This document shows, one piece after another, positions 17,932-28,850 of a DNA stretch of 46,630 bases; position 1 is the first letter of the stretch; the number at the start of each line of letters is the position of its first letter. Origin of the DNA: a virus (lineage: Duplodnaviria > Caudoviricetes); the IMG/VR virus record IMGVR_UViG_3300016659_000028, positions 1 through 46,630 of that record; one strand, 5' to 3'. The notes below the pieces were generated by a model, which worked only from the letters and a program-made list of their open reading frames with translations, was not told the origin of the DNA and searched no databases. Both the position numbers and the translations under genes were made by a program.

Positions 17932-18636
17932 ATGGCCACTTTCCTGCCATTGCGTGACATTCCGGAAATTGACATCACGTTGTTTCAGCGTGACTACTTT
18001 GATGGCATTGGCTTTGTACTGCAAGACGACAATGGACTGCCCATTGACCTGACTAGCGCCACGATTTGTGCGTCAATTTACCAGACCACGGCATCTGGTA
18101 CAAGTGCTATCGTCACGTCATTTAACGTGCAGAAGGAGGAGCCATTCACGAATGGAGCACTAAACCTTTGGCTTTCGTCTGCTCAAACGCAAGCCGTGTG
18201 GACGGCCTATGAAGGCTATACCACGGCAGATTATCACTTGTTCGTTCCATCGGCTTACGCTAATGAGCAAAGTACAATGGAGCAAACCAATTTGACTTGG
18301 GACTTGCGTGTTGAATTGCCAGAGAAAGTGGCAGACCTTTTGGCAGTGGCTAGTGGAGTATTCACTGCTCAGTCCGCTCCGCGCATTGGCTCCACTGATC
18401 GCCTTGCTTTTAGTGGCACCACATCCTCTGGTCTGAACTGCAACTTCTCTACAGCCAGCCCGTTGTATTCTGGTGCCACCAGCATCAGTCAAGTTTCGCC
18501 CTATCGCTTTACCATTGCCTCTCTTTCTGGCACCACGAATAGTGCACTGGGAGGAGCCTTGTATAAGCTCAAGCAAGACACGGTTATAGTGGGAAAAGTA
18601 GTGGTCGCCCAGACCGTTTCTAACTGTTTTGCATAG
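17932..18636 (+). CDS. putative baseplate/fibre adaptor protein (BppU-N-like)
   Basis: ITLFQRD...LQDDNGLPIDLT.ATI.A.I...L.LS.AQT...WDL pattern of Ig-like adaptor domains. Confidence 0.55.
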   Translation: MATFLPLRDIPEIDITLFQRDYFDGIGFVLQDDNGLPIDLTSATICASIYQTTASGTSAIVTSFNVQKEEPFTNGALNLWLSSAQTQAVWTAYEGYTTADYHLFVPSAYANEQSTMEQTNLTWDLRVELPEKVADLLAVASGVFTAQSAPRIGSTDRLAFSGTTSSGLNCNFSTASPLYSGATSISQVSPYRFTIASLSGTTNSALGGALYKLKQDTVIVGKVVVAQTVSNCFA

Positions 18637-18638
18637 CC

Positions 18639-20375
18639 ATGGCTGATTTAAAGGAAGGAATTAGCGTTGTCACAGTAGGACGGACGACGCCTATTCCTCC
18701 AGGGCCTCAGCCTGCCGCTAAAAGCCTGCCAGTGGTATTGGCCACGGATACGGAAGCCGTGCCAGTGCGTGTGGCAAACCAGCAAATCACAGAAGTTTCG
18801 CTGAGCCTACTGGGTATTCCCCGTTCGGAAGTGGCACTTGGCATTTTTGCTGATGTTACCACTTATGACATCAATCAAAACGAATGGCAGAGCCGAGGTG
18901 GGCTTGGCACCATCACTAATGCAGGCACCACCACGCATGTTGCTGCTGAAAGTGCAGCGAAAGTCGCTTGTAGTTCTGCCACCACTGCGCGGAATCAACT
19001 GCTGAGCAGCAAGCGCTTTTTCCGTTATCAGCCTGGTCGTGTAAGTAGCGCCACGTTTGGCGTAAGGATGACCATTAGTGCTGATGGTGGTGACATCAAA
19101 AAATGGGGAGCATTTGACAGCAACGATGGCTATTACTTTGAGGTTCAAGGTGGTTCGCAGACTGGCACTGACAAAGAAACCAACTTTTACGTGGTGAGGC
19201 GCACAAGCGCCTTTGCATCTTATTCCACGCTGTCTCCCAATACTGCCGCTGGAGAGATTGGCACGATTGGCAGCAGTCTAGTCATTAAGCGTGATGGCCT
19301 CACCTATGTTCATGCAGGGCTCTATGACGAAAGTCTGCGAGTGGCTGGTGGAGGTGGCACTGCTATTGAAACTGGTTCGGCATTGTCCTTCTCAGTGCCT
19401 GCCGATTATCGCTACACCTATGAATACCGGGTGCCGCGTAAGTATTTCTCCTCTGACCGCATGGACGGTCTCACCAGCACTCAATACTATGCCGATGAAG
19501 TGCCCGGCAAGTCATCGTTTGGCGTAACCTTTGGCGGTACGGCCAGTGCTCCCATTCCCACTTTCACCAATGGTGATGTAGTGGAAGATGAAGATGGTAA
19601 CGTAGTGGCCGACGAATCACTCTGGGATTTGAACTTCTCACGAGTGACAATGTATAAGATTGAATACTCGTGGTACGGGGCTGTTGGTGCTAAGTTCTTG
19701 GCCTATGTGCCAGACAAGGATGATCCGTCTCAAGCGCGATGGGTGGCCATTCACCACCTTCGCGTCAGCAATCAAATCATCACTCCCAGTCTTGGCAATC
19801 CCACGCTGCCCCTGAGCTATTACGTTCAGAAGCAAGGCAGTGCCAATGAAGTGGCATTGTTCAAGTATGGGGCAAGCTATTACATTGATGGCGGTGACAA
19901 AGGCACTATCGTTGCCCGCTCCATTGCCAATTCTGCTGATCGTGCTGTCACCACGGCAGGCGAAGCGTTGATTGCCTTGCAAGTAAAGAACACCATCAAC
20001 TCTATTCGCAATCGGATGCAAGTGTATCCCACGCGATTGAGCGTAGGAGTTAACGGTCGGGCAGTGGTATCTCTAATCAAAAACCCAACACTTGTCTCCG
20101 GCACCCCCACGTTCACCAGCGCCAATGCTCTGAGCCCCATCAATACGTTCATTGGCACCAGCGTTCCAACAGTTAGTGGCGGGACAACGGTTGCGACGTT
20201 CTATGCAGGCGATGGAGGAAACGAATACGATCTGTCGCCATACTTTGCGTTCAACAAAGACTACCTGTCTTTCCCATTGGCAGCCACTTCTGGCGACACG
20301 CTTTATGTTTTCGTCCGTGGTGCTGCGGCTACCATTAGTGGCAGTGCTGCTATCACCTGGGAAGAGCAAGTGTGA
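18639..20375 (+). CDS. virion structural protein (RYQPG family), paralogue 1
   Basis: SKRFFRYQPGR, GYYF, MYKIEYSWYGAVG and YGASYYIDGGD motifs; ends in ITWEEQ. Confidence 0.7.
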   Translation: MADLKEGISVVTVGRTTPIPPGPQPAAKSLPVVLATDTEAVPVRVANQQITEVSLSLLGIPRSEVALGIFADVTTYDINQNEWQSRGGLGTITNAGTTTHVAAESAAKVACSSATTARNQLLSSKRFFRYQPGRVSSATFGVRMTISADGGDIKKWGAFDSNDGYYFEVQGGSQTGTDKETNFYVVRRTSAFASYSTLSPNTAAGEIGTIGSSLVIKRDGLTYVHAGLYDESLRVAGGGGTAIETGSALSFSVPADYRYTYEYRVPRKYFSSDRMDGLTSTQYYADEVPGKSSFGVTFGGTASAPIPTFTNGDVVEDEDGNVVADESLWDLNFSRVTMYKIEYSWYGAVGAKFLAYVPDKDDPSQARWVAIHHLRVSNQIITPSLGNPTLPLSYYVQKQGSANEVALFKYGASYYIDGGDKGTIVARSIANSADRAVTTAGEALIALQVKNTINSIRNRMQVYPTRLSVGVNGRAVVSLIKNPTLVSGTPTFTSANALSPINTFIGTSVPTVSGGTTVATFYAGDGGNEYDLSPYFAFNKDYLSFPLAATSGDTLYVFVRGAAATISGSAAITWEEQV

Positions 20376-22846
20376 CTGTTTCGGGGTACTATCAAATTGC
20401 GGAGGATCAGCAGCCAGCAGGCTATGAGCTTGTTGACTCTGAGCTGATTGATTTCGTCACTGGCGATACGCTCATTGACCTGGGCGATGGGCTACCGCTA
20501 ACTGGTGACACGCAAGAAACGGTGATTAGTGCTTCTGGAGCATTTCCAGTGGCCTTGATGAATAGTGCTGCCATTCCAGTGGAAGTGGTGAACCAATCAG
20601 CCAGTGAAGTTGAGATTGGCTTGCTGGGTATTCCTCGGGCTGAAACTGCACTTGGTCTCTTGGGACTGGTCAACACCTATGGCTTGGACTTGACTTTATG
20701 GGGGTTAGCGCCAGGCGGTTTGTCCTTATACAAGTATTTCCGAGACCCAAACACCTGGACGTTTCAAGTAAAAGATGGTGTGCAGTATGGCTGGTTTGCA
20801 AGGCATTTGCCTAAAGAAGCGGCCCTGCAAGTTTATGCACTGCCGCCTGAAAAGAGCTACGAATACTTGGAAGATGATGGCACCGGAAGGTATCCCGGAG
20901 GCTACACCGATGGTGTGATCACAAACTACATCGAAAGTAAGCGTACGTTCAGGTATCAGCCTGGCCGGATTACTGGCGTGACTATGGGCGTGAGAATGTC
21001 CACTGATAGCAATTGGCCGGGGGAGTCTATTTCGTGGGGCTGTCGCAATGCCTACGGGGATGGCTATTACTTTAGGCTGGACAAAGGCACCGACTTGTAC
21101 GTGGTCAGGGAATCACCGGGGCTGCCAACACTTGTCGTACCAAGGGAGCAATGGAATGGCGATCCTGTCACCATTGAAGCTGGTGATACTGGCTGGAACT
21201 TGGACGTGTCAAAGGTGACAATGTTCAAGATTGAGTTTGGCTGGTATGGCGCCATTGGAGCGACATTATTCGCCTATGTTCCGATTGGTCACGACAATGC
21301 ACGATGGGTGAAGTTGCATTCGTTTAGGGCAGAAAATCAAAACACTGTTCCAAGTCTGCGGAGTCCTTATCTGCGCCTCTTTATTCAAGCAACACAAACT
21401 GCAGGCGCAATCACTCCGGCATTCATCAACTTGTATGGCAGTAGCGTTTACATTGATGGTGGCGACGATGGTACGCTACAAACTGCAAGTGCTCCCACTC
21501 CAGCGGCAGTAGCCATTAGCAATCAGCCTCGTTCCATTATTGGCTTGCTGCCTGCGACTAGGATCAACAATATCACGAATCAAAAGACTCTATTCCCCAC
21601 TTCTCTATCATTTTCAGCAGATGCGGCAACAAAACTTGACTTGATGGTGGTCAATCCTGGAATTGGAAATAGCGAAAGTTATGGTTATGGCCATGGTACA
21701 ACAATCAGTCGGCCTGCCGCAAGTGGTTTTGCAGTGGTGCGGACTAATGCTACAACGCTAACTGGCGTCATTCCTACAGGGCTTCCGTTCACCCCAGCCA
21801 CTTCCCATGGCTATTTGTATTCTGGCTATCCAGTGAAAGTAGTGGCAAGCGGCCTGAACAACTACTTTGCCACCACGTTAAATGCCACGACCATTGGCAC
21901 TAATCGTAATGTGCCCGCTGGCATTTCTTCTGTGGCGCTGGCTGCCTTTAATGCCTATGCCATTAGCAGCAATGCTGAAATCGTAAGTGGCGATGGAGTG
22001 GACTTAGGGGGCTCTAGGCAATACACTGGCAAGCTCTATTTCACACGACCGAGCGGCAATACTGGCGGCATCTATTGGCGGCTTGGGCTATGGCTTAATG
22101 CCAGCGGCACTTACCTGCCTGGAGTGTCTACCGTCTCGTGGCTTGCTACGGCTTTCCCTGGTATTGACTACACGCTCTCTGGTGAAGAGATTGGAGAAGT
22201 GACATTGCCGCCAGAAACTTATCGGCAAGTTGGTTTTACGATGGTCGAAAGTGGAGGACTTGCGACTGTTCGCGGACTACTGTTTCGACAGTTGGCTGCT
22301 TCACCTCCTCCAGCAACAATCACTGGTTCGCCATTCCCGATTAAGGTTGTGGCAGAACTTTACCCTGGTGCCACTTTAAGCGACGTGGTGTTGTCCATGG
22401 CTCCCATGCCGTCTGGCTATTTGGAGCTTAGTGGTGAAGACTTTGCTAATGCCTATGATCGCTTTGCCATTGGACCGGGATCAGGGCGCACCGTAGCAAT
22501 TTCAGGCTGGACGACAAGTGGTGACATTACGCAATCCACTATTGGCGGAACCAATTATGTTGCCAATAAGTTTGAGACACCACTGAATCTCCCCCTGACT
22601 GGTGCCCTCGTGGACCTACAAGGGCGCCGCACGCCTTATAGCCTCTCCTCCATCGCATCATTCTTCGCCGCCAGTGGAGAGAGCCGTACCGTGCCACTCA
22701 CGCCTTATTTTGGGCCAGACAAAACCTTCTTAGCTGGTGGTGCTGATACCGCTTACGGCCTTGGGGCATTGTTTGTCGTGGCTTCTACGCGAGTGTCGGG
22801 CCAGACTGGTAGTGTGCTTGCATCAATCAACTGGAGCGAACAATGA
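20372..22846 (+). CDS. virion structural protein (RYQPG family), paralogue 2
   Basis: SKRTFRYQPGR, MFKIEFGWYGAIG and YGSSVYIDGGD motifs; ends in INWSEQ; collinear with the upstream paralogue. Confidence 0.7.
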   Translation: MTVSGYYQIAEDQQPAGYELVDSELIDFVTGDTLIDLGDGLPLTGDTQETVISASGAFPVALMNSAAIPVEVVNQSASEVEIGLLGIPRAETALGLLGLVNTYGLDLTLWGLAPGGLSLYKYFRDPNTWTFQVKDGVQYGWFARHLPKEAALQVYALPPEKSYEYLEDDGTGRYPGGYTDGVITNYIESKRTFRYQPGRITGVTMGVRMSTDSNWPGESISWGCRNAYGDGYYFRLDKGTDLYVVRESPGLPTLVVPREQWNGDPVTIEAGDTGWNLDVSKVTMFKIEFGWYGAIGATLFAYVPIGHDNARWVKLHSFRAENQNTVPSLRSPYLRLFIQATQTAGAITPAFINLYGSSVYIDGGDDGTLQTASAPTPAAVAISNQPRSIIGLLPATRINNITNQKTLFPTSLSFSADAATKLDLMVVNPGIGNSESYGYGHGTTISRPAASGFAVVRTNATTLTGVIPTGLPFTPATSHGYLYSGYPVKVVASGLNNYFATTLNATTIGTNRNVPAGISSVALAAFNAYAISSNAEIVSGDGVDLGGSRQYTGKLYFTRPSGNTGGIYWRLGLWLNASGTYLPGVSTVSWLATAFPGIDYTLSGEEIGEVTLPPETYRQVGFTMVESGGLATVRGLLFRQLAASPPPATITGSPFPIKVVAELYPGATLSDVVLSMAPMPSGYLELSGEDFANAYDRFAIGPGSGRTVAISGWTTSGDITQSTIGGTNYVANKFETPLNLPLTGALVDLQGRRTPYSLSSIASFFAASGESRTVPLTPYFGPDKTFLAGGADTAYGLGALFVVASTRVSGQTGSVLASINWSEQ

Positions 22847-24048
22847 CAACTCCTGGTCTGGTTAGAGCTAATAATTTGTCTGACCTCACAAATGTTAGTG
22901 AGGCATGGGACAATCTTGCTGATGAACTTGACTATTCGTACAATGCGCAACGCGCTAATTATGTGAACAACTCTGCCGTGATTCGGCAGGACGAGAAGAG
23001 CAATGTGGTGGTGACGCAAGCTAGCGGGATTCCATTGAGCTATGGCGAACAGTATGTTTATAAGATCACAGAACAGGCTGGCACTGCCATTCCTTTCCCA
23101 TTCGGTTACTTGCGTGCTGCTACCACAAGTGCAAACTATGCAAACCTTGATTGGCGCCTAAATGTAAGCAATGGGCCGGTAGTGGGATCAATTTTGCTGA
23201 AGGCAGGCACTCATAGCTTTGTTGGCATGGCATTGCGGCCTGGCAATGGTGGCAACTTCTTTAAGGACACCAATTACCCCTTCTTTGGCATTGACTTACT
23301 AACAGGCAATCGACAAGATTGTTTTGGCAACGGCAAACCCTATGAAATCATGGGAGCCGTAGAAGAAGATGATGGGTGGTGGCGAGTGTCAATGAGCAGC
23401 ATTTGCCAGCAAGCGTATGGCACTGCTTCTATTGATCTAATCTTTTTACAGCAAGGCAACTTGGGAGTGGTGCCTAATGCTTCTTCTGTTGATGGCAGCA
23501 AGTTCTTCTATGCGGCATTACCGCAAATTGAAACTGGTCACGAACCATCGCCAATCGTTATCACGGTTAGCGAGCAGCCAGTATCGCGGGCGACTGTTGC
23601 AACATCGGCTAGCGGCTTGAGTTTTGGCGGGGAGGACATTAGTGCCATTCGTGGTTTAGCGAACATTGGCACAACTAATCTCTTGCTGGCATCATCTCTA
23701 TTGAGAGCAGCGCAACCACGCATTAGCCAACTTCAAGCCTCTGGTCAGGCAGTGGTGACCTCTGGTGCTAATTGCTTGCCCATTGTCTCTCCATCGTCAA
23801 CTGGCACTTATGTCGTTAGCGGTCTTGTTGCTAGTGGCTATAGCGTTAGAGGCAATGCAGTCGGCACTGTTTCTGGTAGTCCAATTTCCGGTACAACAGC
23901 CACTGTGCCCTTGGAGATTGATGGTCTAATTCCTCAAGCTTGGAAGGCTGATGCTGCTTTCGCTTCAGGCAGTCTCACGTCACCAAGTCTTGCAATTCCT
24001 GTTGAGTATGATGGTTTCTACGTGGCCATAGTGGTGGGGCAAAGCTAA
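22843..24048 (+). CDS. fibre/spike protein with an inserted carbohydrate-binding-like domain
   Basis: N-terminal GLVRANNLSDL anchor; central DGWWRVS...PQIETG module. Confidence 0.65.
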   Translation: MTTPGLVRANNLSDLTNVSEAWDNLADELDYSYNAQRANYVNNSAVIRQDEKSNVVVTQASGIPLSYGEQYVYKITEQAGTAIPFPFGYLRAATTSANYANLDWRLNVSNGPVVGSILLKAGTHSFVGMALRPGNGGNFFKDTNYPFFGIDLLTGNRQDCFGNGKPYEIMGAVEEDDGWWRVSMSSICQQAYGTASIDLIFLQQGNLGVVPNASSVDGSKFFYAALPQIETGHEPSPIVITVSEQPVSRATVATSASGLSFGGEDISAIRGLANIGTTNLLLASSLLRAAQPRISQLQASGQAVVTSGANCLPIVSPSSTGTYVVSGLVASGYSVRGNAVGTVSGSPISGTTATVPLEIDGLIPQAWKADAAFASGSLTSPSLAIPVEYDGFYVAIVVGQS

Positions 24049-25394
24049 TGGCAAGGCGCTATGGACTCAGAGCTAGTTCTAATCTGGCAGACGTTGCAGA
24101 CAATACGCGCTGTGTTGAAAACTTAGGACTTCGCATTGCTGATTTCGTTACCATTGCTGGCATCAGTGCTACTGGCGTCAGTGCTGCAGACTTCACGGCA
24201 CTAGAAGGGCTTCGTGCGCCACTGGAAGCTCAGATCACGGGCCTTGCCCCCATTGCTGCGGCTTCCCTCTCAGGGCTTGCTCTAAAAGCCTTGCGGACGG
24301 GAGATAGCATCAGTGGCTCGCTCATCGTCAGCGGCATTGTCTCTGGCGATCGGGCCTTCATTCGTACCACTGGTAGTGGGGCTATTTATAGTGCTGCATC
24401 GGGGAGTTTCTTTTCGCCCATCAGTGGCAACACGTTCTCGGGTGGCGGCTTCTACCGTTCTGGCCCAACGCGCATTAGTGGCCTCAACACTGGTAGCGGC
24501 TTAGGCAACTACACTGGCCCCACTTTTCCGTGGCAGTCACACTACGAGGACTACAAAGTTTATCAGCGCATCAGCAATAGCTCCGACACGCTTTTTGACA
24601 TTCGCACCAAATTGCCTCCGCCGACAGTTTTTAGTGGTTGTCAACTGTGGCTTGATGCGGAGAAAAGTTCATTCTCTTACTTTGCCGCCAATCGCATTAG
24701 CCTGTGGAGCACTCTAATTAGTGGTGGGCCAAGCGCAGCGCAAACCACCAGCGGCAATGGTCCTTACTACCTTGTGTCTGGCATTGTTGATAGCGGTATT
24801 GTCAAGCCTGGCATCAACTTCACTGGTACTGACTTTTTCTCTCTTGGCTCCATTGGCGGCTACTTCCCTGATGCTGCTACGGTCGTCATCATGGCGCAAG
24901 TCGAAGATGCCGACTACTGCTTGCTGACCAACAATTCAAGCAATGCTGGACGCTGGCGGACAAGTTCAGGGAATGGCACTTGGCCATTATTTTGTGCTTC
25001 GCCCATTGACCGCTTTCCTACCACCATGCCTGCCAATGGTACGTTTGCTTTTAGTGTCAGGGCATCACAAAGCTATGGACTGGAGCTGAGACGCAATGGA
25101 AGGCGACTGGACTACCTAGATCCATCGGGCTTTGCCTATCAGGCTGGCGGCCAATACCTGCTTGCCACTGCTCCTGGTGGTGCCGGACGCTTTGGAGGGA
25201 AAGTATTTGCCGTAGTGGCATTTAACCGAATACTGCCCGATAGAGAACTGCGTACCGTAGAGGAGTATTGCCTATGGCGCTATAATTCAGTCTATAACCC
25301 TGATGCCACGCAAACTTTACAGTTGGAGGATGGTTCTTTCCTGCAACTTGAAACTGCATCTGGCGCCACTGATTTTGCCATAGATTTGGGCTAA
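24048..25394 (+). CDS. fibre protein with a C-terminal LamG/ConA-like domain
   Basis: N-terminal GLRASSNLADV; QLWLDA...W...F.G...FNR.L...E...VE.Y...Y lectin-fold pattern. Confidence 0.7.
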   Translation: MARRYGLRASSNLADVADNTRCVENLGLRIADFVTIAGISATGVSAADFTALEGLRAPLEAQITGLAPIAAASLSGLALKALRTGDSISGSLIVSGIVSGDRAFIRTTGSGAIYSAASGSFFSPISGNTFSGGGFYRSGPTRISGLNTGSGLGNYTGPTFPWQSHYEDYKVYQRISNSSDTLFDIRTKLPPPTVFSGCQLWLDAEKSSFSYFAANRISLWSTLISGGPSAAQTTSGNGPYYLVSGIVDSGIVKPGINFTGTDFFSLGSIGGYFPDAATVVIMAQVEDADYCLLTNNSSNAGRWRTSSGNGTWPLFCASPIDRFPTTMPANGTFAFSVRASQSYGLELRRNGRRLDYLDPSGFAYQAGGQYLLATAPGGAGRFGGKVFAVVAFNRILPDRELRTVEEYCLWRYNSVYNPDATQTLQLEDGSFLQLETASGATDFAIDLG

Positions 25395-25783
25395 TGACAA
25401 AACTGAGCCAACTCGCAATCATTTCTGGCTCGGCATTAGCCGACAATGATCTGTTCTATGTCAATGATGTAAGCGATGCGTCATTACCTAGCAAGGCTCT
25501 GACCGTTAGTGGTCTTAAGCAGGCGATTGCCTTGGCTTTTGTTGGCACTGATCCTGAGGACATCCCTCTTAATCAATATCTTGGCGACCTTGCATTTCTT
25601 GACACCTTCCAGCCTACAATCGTTAGCGGTCTTACCGTAAGCTCTGGTGTAGCCTCCAGTGGTGTGCGTACTGCCACATTCTCTGCCACTAATGCTCCAG
25701 GAGCTTCTAATGTAGTCGTCAAGCAATGGCTGCCTGTAGTAGTTACTGGCGTCACTCATTATTTGCCATTGTTTGCTCCATAA
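25394..25783 (+). CDS. small fibre-associated structural protein
   Basis: KLSQL...DLFYV.DVS and GTDPEDIPLNQYLGDLAF motifs seen in phage fibre proteins; translationally coupled. Confidence 0.6.
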   Translation: MTKLSQLAIISGSALADNDLFYVNDVSDASLPSKALTVSGLKQAIALAFVGTDPEDIPLNQYLGDLAFLDTFQPTIVSGLTVSSGVASSGVRTATFSATNAPGASNVVVKQWLPVVVTGVTHYLPLFAP

Positions 25784-27087
25784 TGCCTGCCGGTTATCCT
25801 ACGGTTAGGCCACTGCAAATGCTTGATTTCAGGAATCAAGCAAAGGTGGATTCGCGTTTTAACTTTACGCGCTCCACCATTGGCTCTTATGTCGATGCCT
25901 CTGGCAGCCAGCGGATTGCAGCAGCACATGAACCACGACCGTCATACGATCCCCTAACTGGAGCCTATCAAGGCTTGCTGATGGAAAGTCCTAGCACTAA
26001 CTTGCTGCCATGGAGCAATAACATTACAGCCTCAGGCTGGTATTATGCACCCCAGAATGGCGCCGTTAGCTCAGGTTATACAGGTATTGGCGGGCTGCCC
26101 ACGGCCTATCGTATTGCTGAAGGTAATGTACCCGGATCATGGTTTGTTGCCAATTCCATTGCCATTAGTGGTGGTACAGATTATGCAGTATCGGCTTTTG
26201 TAAAAAGCGATGGAGTGAATCGTGGATATTTGCAGTTTGTGGGACTTGATGCAAGCGGAGTGGTCAAAGGCAATGCTGTGGTCTACTTTGACTTACAACG
26301 GCACCTTGTATTCCCGGAAAACTATGGCATAAATACAAGGACTGCTTTGATTGAAAAGCGCAAGAATGGCTGGTTTCGCGTGGGAGCACTTGGCCCTATG
26401 GCGTCAGGAGCAGTGCTGGGAGTGCTGAATCTAGCCTTGCAGCGTGATGATGGCAGCCTTTTCTATCAAGGCGCTGGTCAAGGTTTGCTAACAGATGGAT
26501 TTCAAGTGGAAGCCAATGGAACCAATGCCTATGTGTCTTCGTTTATTCCCACTTCAGGAGTAGCCGCAACTCGGGCGTCGGACTTCATTGACAGCAAAGA
26601 TGGAGAGTTTGGCAACTGGTACGTCAATAGTGGAGTCACTCTTCAGCAAGAGCAGATGGTACTAAACGATGATTTTTACCAATCTGGGCGCAGCATCTTC
26701 TACGTCACTAGCACATCTGATCCTAGTCGCATTACTTTACGGCTTGGCGCGACCGACAATGGAATGAGGCTGACTGCAGGAGTAGTTGACTCAACAAACA
26801 CCGGAGTAAGCGTAGGATCTTTTGTTGTTGGAAACGGACTGAGCCCATGGGAAAATCCTGCATCTGGAACAGGATCTTCAAGGCCAGTCATTAGCAATTC
26901 TGCTGCTAATTTTTCTGCGTCTGGATTTTCATTGGTTACTAGCGGTCAAGTATTCACAACTTCCGGCTTTTTGCCATCAGGAATTGGCAGGGCTATTATT
27001 ACCCTCAATGCAGGCAAAATGATTTTACGTCGCGCTACCATTTATCCATTGCTCACCAATACTGAGGCACTGCTAATAACGCAATGA
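25783..27087 (+). CDS. spike/fibre receptor-binding protein (lectin-like)
   Basis: FTRS..GSY.D..G...PR..YDP.TG...GLLME...TNLL, NGWFR and S+IPT....TRASD motifs. Confidence 0.7.
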   Translation: MPAGYPTVRPLQMLDFRNQAKVDSRFNFTRSTIGSYVDASGSQRIAAAHEPRPSYDPLTGAYQGLLMESPSTNLLPWSNNITASGWYYAPQNGAVSSGYTGIGGLPTAYRIAEGNVPGSWFVANSIAISGGTDYAVSAFVKSDGVNRGYLQFVGLDASGVVKGNAVVYFDLQRHLVFPENYGINTRTALIEKRKNGWFRVGALGPMASGAVLGVLNLALQRDDGSLFYQGAGQGLLTDGFQVEANGTNAYVSSFIPTSGVAATRASDFIDSKDGEFGNWYVNSGVTLQQEQMVLNDDFYQSGRSIFYVTSTSDPSRITLRLGATDNGMRLTAGVVDSTNTGVSVGSFVVGNGLSPWENPASGTGSSRPVISNSAANFSASGFSLVTSGQVFTTSGFLPSGIGRAIITLNAGKMILRRATIYPLLTNTEALLITQ

Positions 27088-28850
27088 CCAAAGGACTCGT
27101 ACGGGCCAATAATTTTTCTGACTTGGCAGACAAGGATCAAGCCGTCGTCAATCTTGGCCTGTCTTCTGCTGATTATGCGGCATTAAAAGGACTTTATGCC
27201 ACAGCAGGTATTGACTTTGCCGTGATTGGCGAAATTGGTAATAGCCAAGGCAATTATCAAGCACAACTTGATGGCTTGACTACAACTTTTTCGGGCGTTG
27301 CATTGTCTGGATATGTGAATCGCTCTGGCAATAGCAGCATTATTGGCAACTGGACTCATGGGGGAGGGTACATTTCTGTCAATAACGGACTGCCAAGTGG
27401 CTATCCGGCCTCAACGGATAGTCTATTTTCTCTGTCCATTGAATCTGGAGAGGCAGTTATTGTTGCTTCTGGGCTTGTTGCAAGTGGACTATCGTATAAT
27501 GGAGTGAGACAATCAAACTCAACAGTTACACAAGCGTCTTTACGAAACGGCTTTAGTCCATTGCATCTGATTCCTCTACAAGTTGGTGGTCAAGCCTACT
27601 TTGCACAGGCTGGTGAAAGTCCAAGTTTTTATATTGCGCCCGGCAGGACTGGCCATGCCCTTGACCTGATCACCGGCACCGTGCTGGGTGGCGGGACGGT
27701 GAACTGTGCGTCGCCAGCGTGGGAGGTGGGGCCTGATGGGATTTTGTACCAGCCGGCGGCAAATACTCCGGTGATCGGATATGACCCGGTGACGCTGCGG
27801 CCGAGGGGGCTGCGGGTGTGGGGGGCGGTGACGAATCTGTGGCTTTATACGAGCGCGATTGGAACGGCGCCATGGTCGTCAGTTCGATCTACTTCAACCC
27901 TGAACGCTGCAATCTCTCCTGATGGAACACTGACGGCCACCCGACTGAATGAAGATACAAGTGCAAGCACAAGTCATCTTGTAAGACAAGATCCCCTCGT
28001 ATCAAGTGGGACCACCTATTGTTGGTCAGTGTTTGCCAAGGCGAGCACAAGAAGCGAGCTGATAATGGCTTTTGGCGTAGACTCTGGAGCCTTTGCGGGG
28101 GAGTACGCCACATTCAACCTGTCTACGGGCCAGATCACGGCGTCGGAAGCAACCACCACAGCAAGAATCAGCACCTTCCCGAATGGCTGGTATCGCTGTT
28201 CTGTAACTGCTACTGCATTAGCATCCACTTATGCAGTTCTGCGTCATCACATTGCAGTTAATGGATCTGCAGCGTACACAGGCGACGGAACCAGTAGCCT
28301 TTTGCTATGGGGCGCTCAACTCCAAACCGGCTCTACGGTAGGCCCCTACGTCCCTACCACCACCACCACCGCCAGCAGCACGGCGGACGTGATTTCGATC
28401 GCGGGGGCGGATGCTGCAAGGATCATTAACACCGCTCAAGGCACTCTGTACGTTGACTTTGCCACTGGCTCAGCAGTGCCGGCAAGCACCTATCCGACGA
28501 TGTTGCAGTTGCAAGGGGCAAATCGGCAGAACGAAGTACAGATCTATGCAAGCACTGGCATTGTTGCGTATTTGGTTAAAACCGGCAATGTCGTACAGGC
28601 CGAGGCGAACCTATCGGCTGCGACACAGAACGGAGTCAAGTCGGCATTTAGGTATGCCGAAAACAATTCCAGATCTTATGTCAATGGATCGCCGCTATTC
28701 CTGGATACTGTTTGCACAATGCCAGCGACGGATCGAATCTTTATCGGCAGCAGCAATGGAAGTGAATACTTCCTGAACGGCTACATCCGCGAGGCTGCAA
28801 TCCTGCGCACTGGCCGTGCTGATGCCAACCTCCAGGCGATGACCCAATGA
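27084..28850 (+). CDS. mosaic spike/fibre receptor-binding protein
   Basis: GLVRANNFSDL anchor fused to a module homologous to 25783..27087 (YDP.T...GL...TNL, NGWYR, WGAQLQ, YVPT, QGTLYV, L.AMTQ). Confidence 0.75.
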   Translation: MTKGLVRANNFSDLADKDQAVVNLGLSSADYAALKGLYATAGIDFAVIGEIGNSQGNYQAQLDGLTTTFSGVALSGYVNRSGNSSIIGNWTHGGGYISVNNGLPSGYPASTDSLFSLSIESGEAVIVASGLVASGLSYNGVRQSNSTVTQASLRNGFSPLHLIPLQVGGQAYFAQAGESPSFYIAPGRTGHALDLITGTVLGGGTVNCASPAWEVGPDGILYQPAANTPVIGYDPVTLRPRGLRVWGAVTNLWLYTSAIGTAPWSSVRSTSTLNAAISPDGTLTATRLNEDTSASTSHLVRQDPLVSSGTTYCWSVFAKASTRSELIMAFGVDSGAFAGEYATFNLSTGQITASEATTTARISTFPNGWYRCSVTATALASTYAVLRHHIAVNGSAAYTGDGTSSLLLWGAQLQTGSTVGPYVPTTTTTASSTADVISIAGADAARIINTAQGTLYVDFATGSAVPASTYPTMLQLQGANRQNEVQIYASTGIVAYLVKTGNVVQAEANLSAATQNGVKSAFRYAENNSRSYVNGSPLFLDTVCTMPATDRIFIGSSNGSEYFLNGYIREAAILRTGRADANLQAMTQ

